From an uncultured Gemmatimonadales bacterium (lineage in GTDB: Bacteria > Gemmatimonadota > Gemmatimonadetes > Longimicrobiales > Gaopeijiaceae): 64,000 nucleotides of DNA. Shown in pieces: positions 59,919 to 64,000 of the stretch. The notes beneath the pieces are model-generated. The model made no database searches. It was not told the DNA's origin and saw nothing but the letters and a program-made list of their open reading frames with translations. The position numbers were made by a program, and so were the translations under genes. The DNA lies in assembly GCA_963809895.1 (NCBI GenBank), contig CAWELD010000003.1, positions 192,001-256,000 on the forward strand, in the 5' to 3' direction. Each line of letters starts with the position of its first letter. Position 1 is the stretch's first letter.

Positions 59919-60824
59919 ATGACTCGCTACCACAAGACCCATCTGGACCAACTGGAGTCGGAGGCGATCTTCGTGCTCCGGGAGGTGTCGGCCCAGTTCG
60001 AGCGTCCGGTGATGCTCTTCTCCGGCGGCAAGGACTCCATCGTCATGGTCCATCTCGCCCGCAAGGCGTTCTGGCCGGGGCCCCTGCCGTTTCCGCTCAT
60101 GCACATCGACACGGGGCACAATTTTCCCGAGACGCTGGAATTCCGGGACCGGCTCGTGGAGCAGGTTGGGGCAGAGCTGGTGGTGCGCTCGGTGCAGGAC
60201 TCCATCGACGAGGGCCGGGTCAAGGAGGAGCACGGGCCCCACGCGAGCCGCAACGCTCTCCAGACGGTGACGTTGCTGGACGGACTGGAGGCCCTCAGGG
60301 TGGATGCCGCCATCGGCGGTGGCCGGCGCGACGAGGAGAAGGCTCGAGCCAAGGAGCGCTTCTTCTCGCATCGGGATGCCTTCGGACAGTGGGATCCCCG
60401 CAATCAGCGCCCCGAGCTCTGGAACCTGTTCAACGGCCGCAAGAACCCCGGCGAGCACTTCCGGGTCTTCCCTCTCTCCAACTGGACCGAGATGGACGTC
60501 TGGCAGTACGTGGCCCGGGAGGAGATCGAGCTGCCGTCTCTCTACTTCGCCCACGAGCGTGAGGTGGTCGAGCGGGAAGGCGTGCTTCTGGCCCGAACGG
60601 AGTTCCTGTGGCCGGTGGACGGGGAGCAGCCCGAGCTGCTCACGATACGCTTCCGCACCATCGGTGACGCGACCTGCACGGGCGCAGTGCGCTCCGACGC
60701 TTCCACGGTGGAGGACATCATCCACGAAGTGGCGTCGGCGCGGGTCACGGAGCGGGGTGGACGGTCCGACGACAAGCGGTCGGAAGCCGCCATGGAAGAT
60801 CGCAAGCGGCAGGGGTATTTCTGA
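59919..60824 (+). CDS. cysD: Sulfate adenylyltransferase subunit 2
   Basis: LESEAI, FSGGKDS, GGGRRDEEKARAKER, FRTIGD and MEDRKRQGYF. Confidence 0.97.
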   Translation: MTRYHKTHLDQLESEAIFVLREVSAQFERPVMLFSGGKDSIVMVHLARKAFWPGPLPFPLMHIDTGHNFPETLEFRDRLVEQVGAELVVRSVQDSIDEGRVKEEHGPHASRNALQTVTLLDGLEALRVDAAIGGGRRDEEKARAKERFFSHRDAFGQWDPRNQRPELWNLFNGRKNPGEHFRVFPLSNWTEMDVWQYVAREEIELPSLYFAHEREVVEREGVLLARTEFLWPVDGEQPELLTIRFRTIGDATCTGAVRSDASTVEDIIHEVASARVTERGGRSDDKRSEAAMEDRKRQGYF

Positions 60825-62722
60825 TGTCCGACGCCAGGAACCCCTACCGCGAGATGGACCTGCTGCGGTTCACCACGGCCGGGAGCGTGGACGACGGCAA
60901 GAGCACCCTGATCGGGCGACTCCTCTACGACACCAAGTCCATCTTCGAGGACCAGTTGGAGGCCGTGGAGCGGGCGAGCCGCACCCACGGCGAGGAAGCG
61001 GTCAACCTGGCGCTCCTCCTGGACGGGCTGCGCGCGGAGCGCGAGCAGAAGATCACCATCGACGTGGCCTACCGCTACTTCGCGACGCCCAAGCGGAAGT
61101 TCATCATCGCCGACACGCCCGGGCACGTGCAGTACACCCGCAACATGGTCACCGGCGCGTCCACGGCGGAGCTGGCGGTGGTGCTCATCGATGCCCGCAA
61201 GGGTGTGCTGACGCAGTCGCGCCGCCACGGCTTCATCGCGTCACTGCTGGGGATTCCGCACCTGGTGGTGGCGGTCAACAAGATGGACCTGGTCGACTGG
61301 CGGGAGGACGTCTTCGAGGAGATCGTCGGCAGCTACCGGGAGTTCTGCGAGAAGCTCGACGTCACGGACATCACCTTCATCCCCCTGTCGGCGCTGGAGG
61401 GGGACAACGTGGTGGAGCCCAGCGAGCGCATGCCCTGGTACCAGGGGAGCACCCTTCTCCATCACCTGGAGAACGTGAGTATCGGCGCGGGACGCAATCT
61501 CCTGGACTTCCGGTTCCCCGTGCAGTGCGTGATCCGACCCAACCAGGACTTCAGGGGATTCGCGGGGCGTGTGGCGTCGGGCACGCTGCAACCCGGTGAA
61601 GACGTGGTCGTGCTGCCGTCGGGTCGGGCGACCCGGATCCGCACCATCGAGACCTCCGACGGACCGGTGCAGGAGGCCGTGGCCGGGGACTCCGTGGTCC
61701 TGACCACCGAGGACGAGGTGGACATCTCCCGCGGGGACATGGTGGTACGGACCATGAACCTGCCCCGGGTGGGCACCCGCTTCGAGGCCATCGTCTGCTG
61801 GATGAACGAGGAGCCGCTCCAGCCGCGTCGCGAGTACGTGCTCATGCACACGACCCGCCAGGTCTCGGCGCGCGTGGACCGGCTGGTCTACCGGATCAAC
61901 GTGGACACCCTCCACCGGGAGGAGGCCGAACAGCTCGGACTCAACGACATCGGCCGGGTACAGATCGAGACGGCGAAGCCCGTCTTCTTCGATCCGTATC
62001 GCAACAACCGGCAGACCGGCGGCTTCATCCTGGTGGACCGCCACACCAACGTGACCGTGGGCGCGGGCATGATCCGGGGCGAGGTGCGCACGCCTCCCCG
62101 GACGCCCGGCGAACGGCCATCGTCGCCCGACGTGGTGTGGGAGGGCTGGAACGTGCCCAGGTCCGAGCGCGAGGCCCGCAATCGTCACCGGCCCGCGGTG
62201 GTCTGGTTCACGGGGCTGTCGGGCGCGGGGAAGTCCACCGTGGCCCGGGCCGTGGAGCGTCGTCTCTTCGATCGGGGCCTGCACACCATGTATCTGGACG
62301 GCGACCAGGTGCGGCACGGGTTGTGCGGCGATCTGGGGTTCTCGGCGGAGGACCGCACCGAGAACATTCGCAGGGTGGGTGAGGTGGCTCGGCTCTTCTA
62401 CGAGCACGGCAACGTGGTGCTGTGCGCCTTCGTGTCGCCCTACGAGGCCGATCGACGCCGCGTGCGGGAGCTCTTTCCGGAGGGCGCCTTCTTCGAGGTC
62501 CACGTGCACGTCGGGCTGGACGAGGCGCGCCGACGGGATCCCAAGGGCCTCTACGCCCGAGCCGAGGCCGGTGAGCTTCAGGGCCTCACCGGCGTGGACG
62601 CGCCGTACGAGGCGCCGGAGCGGCCGGCGCTGGTGCTGGACAGCGAGCGCCTGCAGCCCGGAGAGGCCGCCGAGCGCGTGCTCGAACTGCTGGACGAAGC
62701 CGGGATCACTCTTTCGGACTGA
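60824..62722 (+). CDS. cysNC: Bifunctional sulfate adenylyltransferase subunit 1 / APS kinase
   Basis: GSVDDGKSTLIGRLL, DTPGH and NKMD; C-terminal WFTGLSGAGKST, LDGD and DPKGLY. Confidence 0.96.
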   Translation: MSDARNPYREMDLLRFTTAGSVDDGKSTLIGRLLYDTKSIFEDQLEAVERASRTHGEEAVNLALLLDGLRAEREQKITIDVAYRYFATPKRKFIIADTPGHVQYTRNMVTGASTAELAVVLIDARKGVLTQSRRHGFIASLLGIPHLVVAVNKMDLVDWREDVFEEIVGSYREFCEKLDVTDITFIPLSALEGDNVVEPSERMPWYQGSTLLHHLENVSIGAGRNLLDFRFPVQCVIRPNQDFRGFAGRVASGTLQPGEDVVVLPSGRATRIRTIETSDGPVQEAVAGDSVVLTTEDEVDISRGDMVVRTMNLPRVGTRFEAIVCWMNEEPLQPRREYVLMHTTRQVSARVDRLVYRINVDTLHREEAEQLGLNDIGRVQIETAKPVFFDPYRNNRQTGGFILVDRHTNVTVGAGMIRGEVRTPPRTPGERPSSPDVVWEGWNVPRSEREARNRHRPAVVWFTGLSGAGKSTVARAVERRLFDRGLHTMYLDGDQVRHGLCGDLGFSAEDRTENIRRVGEVARLFYEHGNVVLCAFVSPYEADRRRVRELFPEGAFFEVHVHVGLDEARRRDPKGLYARAEAGELQGLTGVDAPYEAPERPALVLDSERLQPGEAAERVLELLDEAGITLSD

Positions 62723-62738
62723 CGGCGGGAGACGAACC

Positions 62739-63107
62739 ATGCACAGCACTCCACGACGGGTGGAGAAACCCTGGGGATACGAGCTCATCTGGGCCGACAC
62801 GGATCTCTACGTGGGCAAGATCCTGCACATCAATGCAGGCGAGGCCCTCTCGCTCCAGTACCACGAGCAGAAGGACGAGACCATCTGCGTGCTCTCCGGA
62901 GAGATGCTCTTCGTGGCCGGCCCGTCGGCCGACGAGCTGAGCGAGCACCGCATGAAGGCCGAGGACGCGTTCCGCGTCACCCCGGGCACGGTCCACCGCA
63001 TGGTGGCCGTGACGGACTGCGACGTCCTGGAGGCGTCGACTCCCCATCTGCAGGATGTCGTGCGGCTGGACGACCGCTACGGTCGCAGCAGCGACGACCC
63101 CTATTGA
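62739..63107 (+). CDS. Cupin domain protein (mannose-6-phosphate isomerase C-terminal-like)
   Basis: VEKPWGYE, LSLQYH..KDET, PG.VHR and DVVRLDD.YGR. Confidence 0.88.
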   Translation: MHSTPRRVEKPWGYELIWADTDLYVGKILHINAGEALSLQYHEQKDETICVLSGEMLFVAGPSADELSEHRMKAEDAFRVTPGTVHRMVAVTDCDVLEASTPHLQDVVRLDDRYGRSSDDPY

Positions 63108-63154
63108 GGGCGGGGAAGGGAACCCGGAGGGCCGAGCGCCCGTACAGGCAACGC

Positions 63155-64000
63155 ATGAGAGAGCCGTGGGGAATCGGGGGGCGCCTTCGGGTGCTGCTGT
63201 GGGTCGGCGCCGCGGGCGCCGTCCTGGCGGGCTGCGTGGACGCCAACGCCGACGCCAACGCCGTTCGGCGGGGAGACGTGGCGTTCGCCGCCGACTCCCT
63301 CGAGGAAGCCATCGCCGAATATCGCCTCGCGGTGCTGAATCGTGGAGACGATCCGTCGACGCTGGCCCGCGCGGCCCACACCTACGCCGAGCTCGGTCGG
63401 GTGGACGAGGCCGCCGACTTCTACAGCCGGGCCATGACCATCGACCCCGCCTGGGCCGACGAGGCGGCCGCCGATCTGATGCACCTGGCCCGGGAGGCCT
63501 CGCGCCGCCAGGACCGCTTCCGCATGGCCACCGCGGTTCAGAAGGCCCTGGAGTTCCGGCCCGGCATCGGCCTGGGAGAGCTGGCCCTGCCTCTGGCGCG
63601 GCACTACTTCCGCAACGGAGAGTTCGGACGTGCGCTGCCGCTCTACACCCGGGCGCTGGCGGCGGCCGACTCCGTGCCGCGCATCCTCTTCGAGATCGCC
63701 CAGGCCCACGAGGAGATCGGAGACTGCCAGCGGGCGCTGGTCTATTTCGAGCAGTACCGCGAGGTGGCCTCCAGGTCGCAGCGCGACGAGACCAACTGGC
63801 ACATCGGCTCGTGCGCGTTGCGGGTGGCCCGTGAGCTGCGCAGCCAGGGCCAGGCCTCGTCGTCCGAGCTGGAAGAGGCCCTGTCCCTGGTGAACCGGAC
63901 CATCGAGGTCGGCGAGCCCCGGAACGTCCAGGGGCAGGCCTGGTTCGAGCGGGGTGAGATCCAGGCCGCCATGGGCGAGTGCACCGCCGCCATGGAGTCC
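63155..64000 (+). CDS. TPR-repeat lipoprotein (3' partial); not in the ORF track
   Basis: MREPWGIG...VLAGC lipobox, then TPR helices (AAHTYAELGRVDEAADFYSRA; LARHYFRNGEFGRALPLYTRA); open to the window end. Confidence 0.85.
   Translation, partial: MREPWGIGGRLRVLLWVGAAGAVLAGCVDANADANAVRRGDVAFAADSLEEAIAEYRLAVLNRGDDPSTLARAAHTYAELGRVDEAADFYSRAMTIDPAWADEAAADLMHLAREASRRQDRFRMATAVQKALEFRPGIGLGELALPLARHYFRNGEFGRALPLYTRALAAADSVPRILFEIAQAHEEIGDCQRALVYFEQYREVASRSQRDETNWHIGSCALRVARELRSQGQASSSELEEALSLVNRTIEVGEPRNVQGQAWFERGEIQAAMGECTAAMES

Noticed and set aside
60824..62722. Third EF-Tu-like GTPase
   Set aside because: It is CysN (a known EF-Tu paralogue) fused to APS kinase.

Overview
A high-GC bacterial chromosomal core region, almost entirely on the + strand. 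Gene content and order suggest Gemmatimonadota; this is an inference, not tested. Bases 1-22.7 kb hold housekeeping and envelope genes: a partial SARP/BTAD regulator, an M28 glutaminyl-cyclase-like lipoprotein, a nitrilase, rocD, a GT-C-like membrane protein, a YggX-like protein, fabH, a DksA/TraR protein, a frameshifted rnd, pyk, an MBL hydrolase, pgi, YtxH, YihY, an L,D-transpeptidase, smpB, an amidase, a TPR lipoprotein, pyrD, pyrF and cysS. Bases 22.8-57.5 kb form an unbroken transcription/translation supercluster: 4 tRNAs, tuf, rpmG, secE, nusG, rplKAJL, rpoBC, rpsLG, fusA, a second tuf with a 1-nt insertion, the S10/spc/alpha genes (no infA) and rpmB. Bases 57.7-64 kb hold a sulfate-activation/nucleotide-sugar module (cysQ-like, UDP-sugar dehydrogenase, cysD, cysNC, cupin) and a partial TPR lipoprotein. 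I saw no mobile element, CRISPR array, defence system or clearly novel multi-gene system. Best leads: (1) a possible glutaminyl cyclase/'Q-rule' pyroglutamate system, since all three apparent SPase I substrates in the window begin with Gln; (2) a two-state structured RNA between rpsG and fusA, plus other long structured spacers; (3) G-ending codon skew confined to the two near-identical tuf copies; (4) a four-cysteine YggX variant; (5) lineage-specific insertions in RpoB and L23. The two frameshifts are most likely sequencing or polishing errors. Start codons were picked by eye and RNA structures were paired by hand.
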